Notes: generated by a model not told the origin, from the letters alone. 62,044 nucleotides of DNA from an uncultured Verrucomicrobiota bacterium (GCA_964432995.1 CAYSPU010000001.1:2253-64296); one strand, 5' to 3'. Positions 29,235-38,567 are shown, numbered from the stretch's first letter. Made by a program: numbers and translations.

Positions 29235-31385
29235 ATGCACGTTCACCGAGAGAGCGAATTCATGAGACTACGCACACAGCTACTGCCCGTTGCCGTTCGA
29301 GCGCTCTTCCTGGCGCTGGCGGCACTCACGACGCGACCGTTCCTCGAGGCTGAACCCGTTCCGAGCGCAGGCTCGGCCGAGCCGTCACGCGCGACCAACC
29401 GCGCCCCAGCAGTGCTGCATGTATCCAAGCTCGGTGACAACTCCGATGGATCGTCCTGGGCGACGGCGTTTCACACGATTCAGGCGGCGCTGAACGCGGT
29501 GCCCGACGCGCAGGGCGGCCACCGAATCGTCATTCGACCGGGCGCCTACGACGAGGCGAACTTGTTCCCCGCCCACAAAGGCGCGCCTGGCGCCTACAAC
29601 GTCCTCGAGGGAGACTGGGACGGCAGCCTCGGCTCGGGAACGAACGGCTGGGTGGTGATCGACTCCGGCGCGCCGCGGGTCGTGGTCCGCACGAACCCCA
29701 ACGCGCCGACGGGCAACCCGACGTTTCAGATCCTTCCCGAAGGCGATCCGGATGCCGAGACCGGGCTCAAGAGCGTGGATTGGTGGGGACCCTGGCGCTG
29801 CGATCCCTCCTACTCGGCCGTCGGTTGGGATCGGTGGATCTTCCGTCGGCTCTACGGCACCGGTTCCGAAGGGGGCATCGGCTGGGACCTGACCTGCGAG
29901 GCGGGGTCTCCGTTCTCGGCGATCGTCGAGGATTGCGTCGGGGTGGGGCGTTTTGCCGGCGCGTGTGTCATTGCGCACGTGAATCGACCGGAGGAACCGG
30001 TGCTCTTCCGACGCTGCTACTTCGTGTGCATGGACGTCTGGGGGGACGCCGGCGGCGTCTACGTGCGGGCGCACAACCCCGAGATGCCGGCCACGCCCGA
30101 CGCCGTGTTCGAGGACTGCACGATTCTCGGCGCGGACAACGCGCTGCAGGTGGGGTATCCGGGTTTCGTGGGCTACACCCGGGTGCGGTTCCAGGGTTGC
30201 CGGCTGATCGTGTTAAACTTCTCGCAACCGCACGGGACCCCGGCCACGGGCGTGGTCTACAGCGATCTCGCGGGCAAGTATCTGCAAGTCGATTTCGAGG
30301 ATTGCACCCTCATGGGCTTCAAGGCCCTCGGCGCGCGCGACGACCTGTTCACCTACACAACGACCGGGACCAACCGCGCCTACGTGCAGTACCGACAGAA
30401 CGTTCCGGCCGGGTTCGAACGTCTGCGGTTCTGGCCGGCGGACGTGTTTCAGGAACTGACCCCGGCGCGGTTCGCGGCCCCCGGCAAAGCGGCGCCCAGT
30501 CGGCCGCAGTTGACGAAACTGCCGCTGGCCTTGGGACAGGCGATGGAGAACACGCCGGTGATCTGGAAATCGCGGCCGGTGCTGGTGCTGAACCACCGCG
30601 ACGATACCAAGAACAAGACCGACGACTACACGCGAAGCATGTATCTCTACATTCGGGACCTGGCGACCGGGCAGGAGGTGGCGCGGTTCGGGGAGGGGCA
30701 TTCCTTCGCCAACGCGTTCGTCAACGGTTCGGAGTTGAACGTGTTCGCCAGCGAAGGCACCAACCGCGACTGGTTCCAGAGCCTGTATCGCTTCTGGTCG
30801 ACCGACCTCACCAACTGGAGCCGGGAACTCGCCATCCCGCAGAGTGGGGGGGAGCACTTGTTCAACGCGTCCGTGTGCCGGGACCGGGAGGGCTACGTGA
30901 TGGCCTACGAATCGGACAAACCGGTCCAGTTCTGCTTCAAGTTCGCCCGGTCGGCCGACCTCTCCCGCTGGCGCAAGCTCGAGGGCCTGGTCTTCACGGG
31001 TGCCAACCGCGAATACAGCGCCTGTCCGGTGCTCCGTTACGTGGCGCCCTACTACTACGTGATCTACCTGCACGCGGCGACTCCGGGGCATCCGGGCTGG
31101 ATCTCCTACCTGGCGCGTTCCCGGGACCTGGAGACGTGGGAGTTGAGCCCCTACAACCCGATCCTCGAGGCGGGGCCGGGCGAAGGCATCAACAACTCGG
31201 ACGTCGACCTCTTCGAGTGGGAGGGGAAGACCTACCTATATTACGCGACGGGCGATCAGGCGAGCTGGGGGGCGGTGCGCGTGGCGCAGTATGCCGGGCC
31301 AATGAACGAGTTCTACCCCGCCCATTTCCCCGAAGGCGCACCCGTCATCCGCCTCAGCGCGCGCACGGACGGGGCGGGCCAGTGA
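29235..31385 (+). CDS. secreted two-domain protein: right-handed beta-helix (pectate-lyase-fold) N-domain plus a beta-propeller glycosidase-like C-domain
   Basis: ATG 29235 is preceded by GAAGGAG 4 nt upstream (ATG 29262 is an alternative). VLHVSKLGDNSDGSSWATAFHTIQAALNAV....GHRIVIRPGAY is a typical beta-helix N-cap. The C-terminal part has propeller-like repeats (WSTDLTNWSRE, SADLSRWRKL, SRDLETWELSPYNPIL). Confidence 0.6.
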   Translation: MHVHRESEFMRLRTQLLPVAVRALFLALAALTTRPFLEAEPVPSAGSAEPSRATNRAPAVLHVSKLGDNSDGSSWATAFHTIQAALNAVPDAQGGHRIVIRPGAYDEANLFPAHKGAPGAYNVLEGDWDGSLGSGTNGWVVIDSGAPRVVVRTNPNAPTGNPTFQILPEGDPDAETGLKSVDWWGPWRCDPSYSAVGWDRWIFRRLYGTGSEGGIGWDLTCEAGSPFSAIVEDCVGVGRFAGACVIAHVNRPEEPVLFRRCYFVCMDVWGDAGGVYVRAHNPEMPATPDAVFEDCTILGADNALQVGYPGFVGYTRVRFQGCRLIVLNFSQPHGTPATGVVYSDLAGKYLQVDFEDCTLMGFKALGARDDLFTYTTTGTNRAYVQYRQNVPAGFERLRFWPADVFQELTPARFAAPGKAAPSRPQLTKLPLALGQAMENTPVIWKSRPVLVLNHRDDTKNKTDDYTRSMYLYIRDLATGQEVARFGEGHSFANAFVNGSELNVFASEGTNRDWFQSLYRFWSTDLTNWSRELAIPQSGGEHLFNASVCRDREGYVMAYESDKPVQFCFKFARSADLSRWRKLEGLVFTGANREYSACPVLRYVAPYYYVIYLHAATPGHPGWISYLARSRDLETWELSPYNPILEAGPGEGINNSDVDLFEWEGKTYLYYATGDQASWGAVRVAQYAGPMNEFYPAHFPEGAPVIRLSARTDGAGQ

Positions 31386-31445
31386 ATCACCGTTTCTGAC
31401 GCCTGCTCGGACGCGTCCCGCCCTTGAGAGAGGACAGCAGCCAAA

Positions 31446-31530
31446 CATCCAACGCCCAGCATCGAACTTCGAACATCGAACGGTGGCAGCGGTGCAACGT
31501 CCGATGTTCGGTGTTCGACGTCCGACGTTG
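31446..31530. repeat. TCGAAC-rich long imperfect hairpin element, copy 1
   Basis: The left arm catcgaacttcgaacatcgaacg pairs with the right arm cgtccgatgttcggtgttcgacg around the loop gtggcagcggtgcaa. It is an inverted copy of the element at 33019-33110. Confidence 0.75.
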
Positions 31531-31649
31531 CGGAGGCACAGATCATCCCGCCCGTAGCCGCGGACGTCAGTTCGTGCACAGTGACCGGTGGCAGTGTTGT
31601 GCGATTGCTCTCGGCGGCGCGCCCGGAGGCCGCGCCCTGCCTCGGACGG

Positions 31650-31676
31650 GTAGGGCGACCTCTCCGAGGGCGCCGC
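31650..31676. repeat. GTAGGG-headed REP-like hairpin (27-mer identical to 36795-36821)
   Basis: gtagggcgacctctccgagggcgccgc. Internal stem GCGaCCTC / GAGGgCGC. Confidence 0.8.
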
Positions 31677-31726
31677 AAGAAGCCGTTTCCGAACCATTGG
31701 TTTCCGGCGCGATGCGGAGACCTGCT

Positions 31727-31755
31727 CGCGAGTCCTTCTCGGAGTCGCGCCCTAC
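31727..31755. repeat. REP-like hairpin in inverted orientation (ends ...GCGCCCTAC)
   Basis: cgcgagtccttctcggagtcgcgccctac is an imperfect palindrome ending in CCCTAC, the reverse complement of GTAGGG. Confidence 0.5.
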
Positions 31756-31890
31756 CGGCATTCAGGGTAACCGGGACAACAGAGGGCAGACGCGAATTGC
31801 GCCAATTGGCGCTAACTCGCGGAATTCGCGTCTTGGTGTTCCTCCCTTTGCCTCTATGCCCGTGCCCGGTTTTCCGGTGAGACTCCGAGC

Positions 31891-32883
31891 TCAGGCGCAC
31901 CAGAGGCGTTCGCGGTTCTGGGTGGCGCGAACCACCTCGGCGGTGAGGGCGACGTCTTCGGCAATCTGGAAATCGAACATGCCGACGGCGGCGAAGTCGG
32001 CGCCGTTCTCGAAGGCGTGGCGCAGGCCGGCCCTGGGGTGGATGGCGCCGGCGGCCAGGACCTTGTAAGCGATCCACGGGCGGGCGATCCCGCCCATGTA
32101 GGCGATGGTCGCCTCGGGATCTGCGCACCAGTAGTTGTCGATGTTGTAGTTGTCGATGACCTCCTTCATCTGGTCGGGGCGGCGTTTGGACCAGTAGCCG
32201 GTGCTATGGAGGGTTTTCATGTAGAAATCCGGGGCGCCTTTTGCGTCCTCGACCGCTTGGATGGTGCGCAGTTCGTGTCCGGCCACGCCGGCGATGAGGC
32301 CGTGGTCCCGGATGATCGAGATCAACTCGACGATGAGCCGGGTGTCGCCCTCACGGGTCCAGGCATCGCTGAGGTTCCCGAGGAGGAAGGCGCCGACGGC
32401 GCCGCGGTCCCTGGCCTTCTTGACGACGGTGCGCAGGTCCGTCTTTTCGGGGTTGATCTGGGCAAGATACTGGATCTTGCCGCCATCGGCGCGATAGCGG
32501 TCGTAGAGCGCCTTCGCGCGGTCGTCATTGGAGAGGATCATCGTGTTGACGCCGTACTGTTCGCAGCGGGCCCAGGTCTCGATGATCTTCTCGTCGGTGA
32601 AGTAGTGTTGGAGCAAGGGGGAAACGTAGATGAGATCGCGGCTGTGGGCGTAGCCGCTGATGAGATTACCGCCACAGACGAGCCGGCTGATCTGGACGTT
32701 GCCGATCTTGCCCAGGGGCATCGAAGCCTTGGGAGCGGAGGCGTCCGCGACGGCGGGAGGGTGCGTCTCTTGAGCCACCAGCGCATACTCTTCCAGACTG
32801 GTGACGAGCGGCGCGGCCAGGGTGGCGGCGGCGGATCGGCGAAGGAAGGATCGACGCGAATTGCGGGGCATACGATTGGACAT
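31891..32883 (-). CDS. Tat-signal exported hypothetical protein
   Basis: Start trimmed to the ATG at 32883 (32871 is an alternative). Twin-arginine motif SRRSFLRRSAAATLAAP. GC3-rich coding pattern. No catalytic family recognised. Confidence 0.6.
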   Translation of the reverse strand: MSNRMPRNSRRSFLRRSAAATLAAPLVTSLEEYALVAQETHPPAVADASAPKASMPLGKIGNVQISRLVCGGNLISGYAHSRDLIYVSPLLQHYFTDEKIIETWARCEQYGVNTMILSNDDRAKALYDRYRADGGKIQYLAQINPEKTDLRTVVKKARDRGAVGAFLLGNLSDAWTREGDTRLIVELISIIRDHGLIAGVAGHELRTIQAVEDAKGAPDFYMKTLHSTGYWSKRRPDQMKEVIDNYNIDNYWCADPEATIAYMGGIARPWIAYKVLAAGAIHPRAGLRHAFENGADFAAVGMFDFQIAEDVALTAEVVRATQNRERLWCA

Positions 32884-33018
32884 CAGGTTGGCCGACGCAC
32901 GGACTCTGGTCTTTGGCGCGCTGCAGTCGCCAAGCGGGTCTTCCAAGACCGGCGCTTCTCGTGGGTGTCATGCTGACAGCAGATGCCACTCGGGGACAGC
33001 CCAAAAAACTGCCGGTGC

Positions 33019-33110
33019 GAACTTCGAACACTGAACATGCAACGTCGAACACCGAACCGAGGCAGTGGTTCAACGTTCGAAGTTCGATGTTGGACGTTGG
33101 ATGTTCGGCT
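33019..33110. repeat. TCGAAC-rich long hairpin element, copy 2
   Basis: cgaacttcgaacactgaacatgcaacgtcgaacaccgaac / loop cgaggcagtgg / ttcaacgttcgaagttcgatgttggacgttggatgttcgg. Shares gtcgaacaccgaac and gttcgaagttcgatg.tgg.cgttggatgtt.gg with the reverse complement of copy 1. Confidence 0.75.
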
Positions 33111-33282
33111 GCCGTCCCCTTCTACGCGCGGGACGCGCCTGCGGCGCTGCTCACCGCCCCCGCGCTCGAGCGTGTGGTGCTTGCCCGAATCACCCGCGGG
33201 GAGAATCCGGCCCGATACCATCTCTTTCTCCTTGCCGCCACTCCGGTTCCGCCGGATAAGGGCGGCACCAAATCGAATCCAT

Positions 33283-34305
33283 ATGAAGACTCGCTGCACT
33301 GGTATGGTCCTGGTTGTCGCAACTTCGATTCTCACCCTGGTTCCGACTCCGCCTTTGGCGGCGGCGGAGAACGCATTTGTGGGGCGTTGGGCCCTGACGA
33401 TTCCGGGCGGGGGCGCGGGTTGGCTCGGGGTGACGCGCGAGCAGGGGTATTACGATGCCAGCATTCTCTGGGGCGGAGGCAGTGTGGTGCCGGTTGCTTC
33501 GGTTTTCCTCAACGAGAACGAACTCTTCGTGCTCCGCCTGAACGAGGTCAAACGCAAGGACGCCTCCGGCAAGGTCGTCCGCACCCACCAGTTTCCCGAG
33601 GTCATCACCGCGCGCCTCGAAGGCGACTCTCTCGAACTCCAGCGGCATGTTCCCAACCCAAACGGCGAGGGGATCCGCAGCGAGCAGTTCAGCGGCAAGC
33701 GCATTCCCGACCTCCCGCCCCGGCCGGATCTGGCGAACGTCAGGTTCGGCGCGTCGATCGCCCTCTTCAACGGCAAGGATCTCACCGGCTGGCGGTTGAC
33801 GGATCCGAACCAGAAGAATGGCTGGCGGGCGGAAAGCGGCCTGCTCATTAACAACCCGAAACAGGAAGAGGGCAAACCCCACATCAGCTACGGCAACCTC
33901 CGGACCGACCGGGAGTTCGAGGACTTCCGCCTCCAACTCGAGGTGAAAGTCGACCAGGACGGCAACAGCGGCATCTACCTGCGCGGCATCTACGAGGTGC
34001 AGGTGGCCGACAGCTACGGCCGCGGCCTGGATTCCCACAACATGGGCGGCGTTTACAGCCGGATCACACCCACAGTGAATGCCGCCAAGCGCCCCGGCGA
34101 ATGGCAGAAGTACGTGATCACCCTCGTCGACCGCCACGTCACGGTGGTGCTCAACGACCAGAAGATCATCGACAACCAGCCGCTGCTCGGTTGCACCGGA
34201 GGCGCGCTGTGGTCGGATGAATTCCGCCCCGGGCCGATCTACCTCCAGGGCGACCATACGGGGGTCACCTATCGGAACATCACCCTGGAGCCGATCGTTC
34301 GGTAG
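33283..34305 (+). CDS. DUF1080 (3-keto-disaccharide hydrolase-like) domain protein, secreted
   Basis: This is the 3' part of track ORF 32983..34305, with ATG at 33283 (MKTRCTGMVLVVATSILTLVP...). The C-terminal half matches the DUF1080 pattern: LFNGKDLTGWR, NSGIYLRGIYEVQVADSYG, GGVYSRI.P...A.RPGEWQKY.I, IYLQGDHTGVTYRNI. Confidence 0.8.
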   Translation: MKTRCTGMVLVVATSILTLVPTPPLAAAENAFVGRWALTIPGGGAGWLGVTREQGYYDASILWGGGSVVPVASVFLNENELFVLRLNEVKRKDASGKVVRTHQFPEVITARLEGDSLELQRHVPNPNGEGIRSEQFSGKRIPDLPPRPDLANVRFGASIALFNGKDLTGWRLTDPNQKNGWRAESGLLINNPKQEEGKPHISYGNLRTDREFEDFRLQLEVKVDQDGNSGIYLRGIYEVQVADSYGRGLDSHNMGGVYSRITPTVNAAKRPGEWQKYVITLVDRHVTVVLNDQKIIDNQPLLGCTGGALWSDEFRPGPIYLQGDHTGVTYRNITLEPIVR

Positions 34306-34319
34306 GCCGACACCGGCCT
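34304..34319 (+). terminator. short GC hairpin overlapping the stop codon (AGGCCG acac CGGCCT); weak terminator candidate
   Basis: 6-bp perfect stem read directly. The downstream tract cttgcc is only weakly T-rich. Confidence 0.3.
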
Positions 34320-34576
34320 CTTGCCGCCGGTGCGCAAGGGCGGTTCCGCATGCAAGTGCTGTTGGGCAACCGACGACCCGCCATGTCCGGGACCGCGGCT
34401 CATCTCGAGCCGCAGCCATGTGCGCGTGCGTTCTGCTGCGGGTCAGAAGACCCGCGGTCCGGAACTCGGCGGGCAGCAACCCCACCAGCCGAACGCGCGA
34501 ACGACCAGCGGCGGTTCCAGTCCTTTGTTTCTTCGCGCCGCTGCCGTTCCTCCCCGTCCGACTCTCGGCGGGGGGG

Positions 34577-35101
34577 CTACCACCGGTCGTGGTGGACGTA
34601 CTCCTCCCGATAGCGGGTGCGGGGTTCTTTCTGCTCGGCCGCGTGGCCCACAGCCACGCCGGCGACCGGGATCACCTGGGCGGGTAATCCCAGTATTTCA
34701 CGGATGGTCTGAATCCGTTTCTCGCGCGGGTGGATCCCGAGCCAGCATGCCCCAAGGCCGAGGCCGTGGGCGGCGAGCAGGAGGTTCTCGATGGCGGCGG
34801 CGCAATCCTGCAGCAAGTAGCTGAGCTGGCGATCGTGCGCCGCTTCGAGGTCGCCACAGACGACGATCCCCAAGCCGGCGCCGACCAGCATCTGGCCATT
34901 CGAAAGCACCGCCGCCAACCGGCCGATGGTCTGCGGATCGCGCACCACGACAAAGCGCCAGGGGTCCTTCGCGACGGCCGACGGCGCCGCCATGGCGGCC
35001 TCGAGCAACAATTTCAACTGGGCGTCTTCCACCGAACCGGGGCGGTAGGCGCGGATGCTGCGCCGGCCGAAGAGGAGGTCGAGAGTCGTTGATGTCTTCA
35101 T
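34577..35101 (-). CDS. nitroreductase family protein
   Basis: 174 aa. RRSIRAY motif, PSA...PWRFVVV, LLQDCAAAIENLLLAAHGLGLGACW. Confidence 0.85.
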   Translation of the reverse strand: MKTSTTLDLLFGRRSIRAYRPGSVEDAQLKLLLEAAMAAPSAVAKDPWRFVVVRDPQTIGRLAAVLSNGQMLVGAGLGIVVCGDLEAAHDRQLSYLLQDCAAAIENLLLAAHGLGLGACWLGIHPREKRIQTIREILGLPAQVIPVAGVAVGHAAEQKEPRTRYREEYVHHDRW

Positions 35102-35147
35102 TGCCGATCTGGATTCATTGGGACCATGAACCTGGCTGTGGCCGAAT

Positions 35148-35200
35148 CCCCCTTACCCCAACCCTCTCCCGTCGGACGGGAGAGGGCCGGGGTGAGGGGA
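35148..35200. repeat. long imperfect hairpin (cccccttaccccaaccctctcccg / tcgga / cgggagagggccggggtgagggga)
   Basis: 24-nt arms with about four non-Watson-Crick positions. Lies in the 119-nt spacer between the Gfo/Idh/MocA stop (35221) and the nitroreductase start (35101). Confidence 0.7.
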
Positions 35201-35220
35201 CCAGATCCATGATCGGTTCT

Positions 35221-36654
35221 TCACACGCTCCACTCGCCTGCGGTCGTGCGGTATTGCCGTCGCAGGAAGGCGTTGGCTTCGCTGACGTTGGTGAACTCGA
35301 ACTTCGCGGGGTCCCACTGGAGCTTGGTGGTGGTGAGGATTTCGCGCAACTGCACGCGCAGGGCCACGTTGCCGAGGAGGACGATCTCCGCCAGCGGCCC
35401 GGCCCAGTCGAAGTTCGAACCGCCCGGTCGGCCGCCCCGGCAGGCGTCGACGAACTCCCGATAGTGCCCCGGTGAACGGGCCAGCATCTTGGGCACATCG
35501 CCGATTTCCCTCCGGCGCGACTCGGGAAACACCTTGGTGCCGAGAATGAAACCGTCTTCGCCCACGAGGAGGCGGCCGTTGTCACCCATCGTCTCGTGGT
35601 CCGGCAGTCCGGCCGGACGCGGCGGTCGCAGCCCGCCATCGTACCAAACCACCTTGAGGGACGGCGCGTCGCCGCGCGCCTCGAATTCGTAGGTCACCGT
35701 CGAAGCCAGCGGGAAGGTCTCCTGGTTCACGCGTGAGGATGAGGCCTGAACGCTCACCGGGTGCACCGCGCGCGCCACGAGGGAATCGTCCCAAGTCATC
35801 TTCTCCGGGTAGACCACCGGGGACCCGATCTTGAGCGCGCGGAACACGGGATCAAAGGCGTGGCAGCCGATGTCGCCCAGGGCGCCGGTGCCGAAGTCCC
35901 ACCAGCCGCGCCAACGAAACGGAACGTAGATGGGATGATAGGGACGCTCGGGGGCGGGCCCGAGCCAGAGATTCCAGTCCAGGTCTGCCGGAACCTCGGG
36001 GGTCTCCTTGGGCCGCTCGACTCCCTGCGGCCAGTACTCCTTGAACAGCCCTTGTGAGGGGCGATCGGTCCACACATGCGCCTCGCGGACCCGGCCAATC
36101 GCGCCGGACCAGACCAGCTCGCAAAGGCGGCGGGTGTCTTCGGAGGCCTGCCCCTGGTTGCCCATCTGGGTGGCGACCTTCTTCGCCCGCGCCACGGTAG
36201 CCACGCGGCGCGCCTCGGCGACGTCGTGGGTCAGCGGCTTCTCGCAGTAAACGTGTTTGCCGCGCTGGAGGGCAGCCAGCGACGCCACCGCGTGCACATG
36301 GTCGGGCGTGGCGACCACGACCGCGTCGCAACCGCTCTGCTCCTCGAGCATCTGGCGGAAATCCTTGTAGCGTTTGGCGGCGGGGAACCGGTCGAACGTG
36401 CCGCGGGCCTGGCGCCAGTCGACATCGCAGAGGGCGACGATGTCCGCCTGGCCGGTCTTGTGGATCTCGCTCAAGTCATGGGAACCCTGGCCGCCAACGC
36501 CGATGCCGACCACGCGGACCTTCTCGTTCGGGGAGGTGGCGCCGTGGAGCCCGAGCACATGGCCGGGCACGACTTGAAAGGCCAGGGCGGCGGTGGTGGT
36601 GGTGCCGAGGAATCGGCGGCGGGTGGTTTTGTTGGTGGGATGGTTGGTCTTCAT
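35221..36654 (-). CDS. Gfo/Idh/MocA family oxidoreductase with a Tat signal
   Basis: ATG 36654 is preferred over the TTG at 36684. TRRRFLGTTTTAALAF twin-arginine leader. Rossmann motif VRVVGIGVGGQG, and EKPL motif (VYCEKPLTH). Confidence 0.85.
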   Translation of the reverse strand: MKTNHPTNKTTRRRFLGTTTTAALAFQVVPGHVLGLHGATSPNEKVRVVGIGVGGQGSHDLSEIHKTGQADIVALCDVDWRQARGTFDRFPAAKRYKDFRQMLEEQSGCDAVVVATPDHVHAVASLAALQRGKHVYCEKPLTHDVAEARRVATVARAKKVATQMGNQGQASEDTRRLCELVWSGAIGRVREAHVWTDRPSQGLFKEYWPQGVERPKETPEVPADLDWNLWLGPAPERPYHPIYVPFRWRGWWDFGTGALGDIGCHAFDPVFRALKIGSPVVYPEKMTWDDSLVARAVHPVSVQASSSRVNQETFPLASTVTYEFEARGDAPSLKVVWYDGGLRPPRPAGLPDHETMGDNGRLLVGEDGFILGTKVFPESRRREIGDVPKMLARSPGHYREFVDACRGGRPGGSNFDWAGPLAEIVLLGNVALRVQLREILTTTKLQWDPAKFEFTNVSEANAFLRRQYRTTAGEWSV

Positions 36655-36691
36655 GGCAGAGGGGTACGGTGCGGCTAGGGACAATCAGCAG

Positions 36692-36821
36692 GTAGGGACG
36701 CACAGCCGCGCGCGTCCGTCAGAATTCTCACGGCATACCTCATCGCCCGGACACCCGAGCCGGGCGTCCCTACCCCGTGCCGCTCGGGCACATGGTAGGG
36801 CGACCTCTCCGAGGGCGCCGC
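36692..36821. repeat. BIME-like cluster of three GTAGGG-headed REP-like hairpins (forward, inverted, forward)
   Basis: 36692-36717 gtagggacgcacagccgcgcgcgtcc; 36749-36773 ggacacccgagccgggcgtccctac; 36795-36821 gtagggcgacctctccgagggcgccgc. Confidence 0.75.
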
Positions 36822-37004
36822 GGAAGAGCGGGTACGGGATGGATGGGAGGGACGACCGTGCGGCGCGCTGCGGAGATCGCGCCCCACCTCTTCTCGGTTC
36901 TTGGTCCGAATGCCCATCAAGTCGTTCGATGTTGGCGTTCTCCATGGGCCGCCCGGCAAGGCGACCACTTCCTGCCCAGGTCCGTGCCGCCGTGTATAGA
37001 CCTT

Positions 37005-38531
37005 TCACCGTTTCCAGAGCAAGTTCCCTTCGTTGTCGCGCCAGCGGCGCGGATGTTCCGCGCGATCCGTCCGGGCCAGGTGCTGGAGATAGCAAAGCGT
37101 CGGTTCGGCAATGTGCTGGTTGTTGAGGAACGGTTCGGTGTAGCGGATGGCTCCATACCGCGCCTGCCCGACGTGATGTTGCTGGCTCACGTGGTTGTTC
37201 CAGTCGACGCCTTCGGTGAGGAACCCGTGCGGCCCGTGATGGTGTCGGGCGGCGGCGCGCAGGATGGTCAGGCCGTGGCGTTCATAAGCGCGGCTGCGCT
37301 CCGGATCGCTCGACCGCAGTTGGACGGCTCCCTCGAAGTAGGCCAGTGCCGCCTCGGCGTTCTCCCATAGATAGGAGGTGTCCCAGGTCCGTTCCATGTA
37401 GAGCAGCCCCTGGGTGGCGACGCCGTTCCGGTCCTGTTCCATCCAGAACTGCTCGAGCCCGTCCAAACACCGGTCGAAGGAAAACGCCCGCAACGCGTCG
37501 TCGCCCAACACCTCCGCGACCAGCAGCCACGTCCGAAACGCCACCGCATAGGCCACGCTCTCGTGGGGATCGTAGGTGTCGTGATTGATGCTCGCGAAGT
37601 AGCCGCCGGCCTCGACGAACGTCCGCGCCTTCCGCCGCAGCGCCTCGCGGTAGTCCGCCAGTCCGCGCCGGGTCAACGCCGCCTGCAGTTGCACGATGAA
37701 CAAACCGTCGCCTGATGTCTGCCAAAACGGGTCGTTCCCGCCTTCGGGTGATTTGCGGTAGACCTTGCCCTCCGGCGTGGTGCGCCGCGGATACCACCCG
37801 TTTGGCACCGACTCGACATTGCGTTCGATCCAGGCGGCGCAGCGGACCGCCTGTTGCCGCATCCGCTCACGACGCGGATCGCCTTCGAGATCGTCGGCGA
37901 AGCGGAGGAGTTGAAAGGCGACCTTGGCCATGGAGCCGGGGCAGAACCAATCCGACTGGTGTTTGTAGTTCAGGCAGAGCCTGCCCGTGGTGGTCTCCCG
38001 GTAACCGCTGATGAAGCCGCTCGAGGCGTCCAGGAACCCGCCCTCCAGCACGTGGTCCAGAATCCCGACCGCGCTCCGCATCCAGTCGGCACGGCCAAGG
38101 AACCGCCCCAGAGCGTGGATCTCCCAGGCGCCGCCGACCGCGTTGGCCGCCCACCCCGGCCCCTCCAGGTTCCCGAAGTCGTGCCAACCCATCACCTCGG
38201 CGTCGGGGCCGACGAAGCTCGAGATCGACACGAGGTGCCCCTGTTCGTTGGTCCGCAGCGTCTTGGTGAGCGTGAACCGGATCGAGTCGATGGCGGAATC
38301 GACGATCGTGTACCGGGGATTGGCCAGCACGTGGAAGGCGGGGGTGGGGCTCGCTGCCCCCAGGGCGGAGGCGGGCAGGGCCAAGGCTGCCGCCCAGAGA
38401 CCGAAGGCCAACCAACGGAATCGTGCCCCGCTTGCCTCGCCGCGACCTCCGGCCAAGACAGGTCCACGGTCGCGCCATCTCTTGACCGGATGCGGGTCGC
38501 CTCCAATCCGTCTGCAGTTGATGCCGAACAT
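37005..38531 (-). CDS. secreted hypothetical protein, possibly an (alpha/alpha)6-barrel (GlcNAc 2-epimerase/glycosidase-like) fold
   Basis: Long GC3-rich ORF. Hydrophobic leader WLAFGLWAAALALPASALG. The function guess rests only on helical repeat texture (e.g. WENAEAALAYFEG). The start is uncertain because the ORF-track start lies inside a repeat element. Confidence 0.5.
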   Translation of the reverse strand: MFGINCRRIGGDPHPVKRWRDRGPVLAGGRGEASGARFRWLAFGLWAAALALPASALGAASPTPAFHVLANPRYTIVDSAIDSIRFTLTKTLRTNEQGHLVSISSFVGPDAEVMGWHDFGNLEGPGWAANAVGGAWEIHALGRFLGRADWMRSAVGILDHVLEGGFLDASSGFISGYRETTTGRLCLNYKHQSDWFCPGSMAKVAFQLLRFADDLEGDPRRERMRQQAVRCAAWIERNVESVPNGWYPRRTTPEGKVYRKSPEGGNDPFWQTSGDGLFIVQLQAALTRRGLADYREALRRKARTFVEAGGYFASINHDTYDPHESVAYAVAFRTWLLVAEVLGDDALRAFSFDRCLDGLEQFWMEQDRNGVATQGLLYMERTWDTSYLWENAEAALAYFEGAVQLRSSDPERSRAYERHGLTILRAAARHHHGPHGFLTEGVDWNNHVSQQHHVGQARYGAIRYTEPFLNNQHIAEPTLCYLQHLARTDRAEHPRRWRDNEGNLLWKR

Positions 38532-38567
38532 GCCATGTGGTTTGCCTGCACGAGCTGTCAGCGTCAA

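Noticed and set aside
31386-31890. Possible small RNA, tRNA or coding genes in the 505-nt convergent spacer, and in the similar spacers 32884-33282, 36655-37004 and 47668-48047
   Set aside because: I found no cloverleaf-compatible sequence or conserved ncRNA motif. The content is explained by repeat hairpins. I cannot exclude sRNAs without covariance-model searches.
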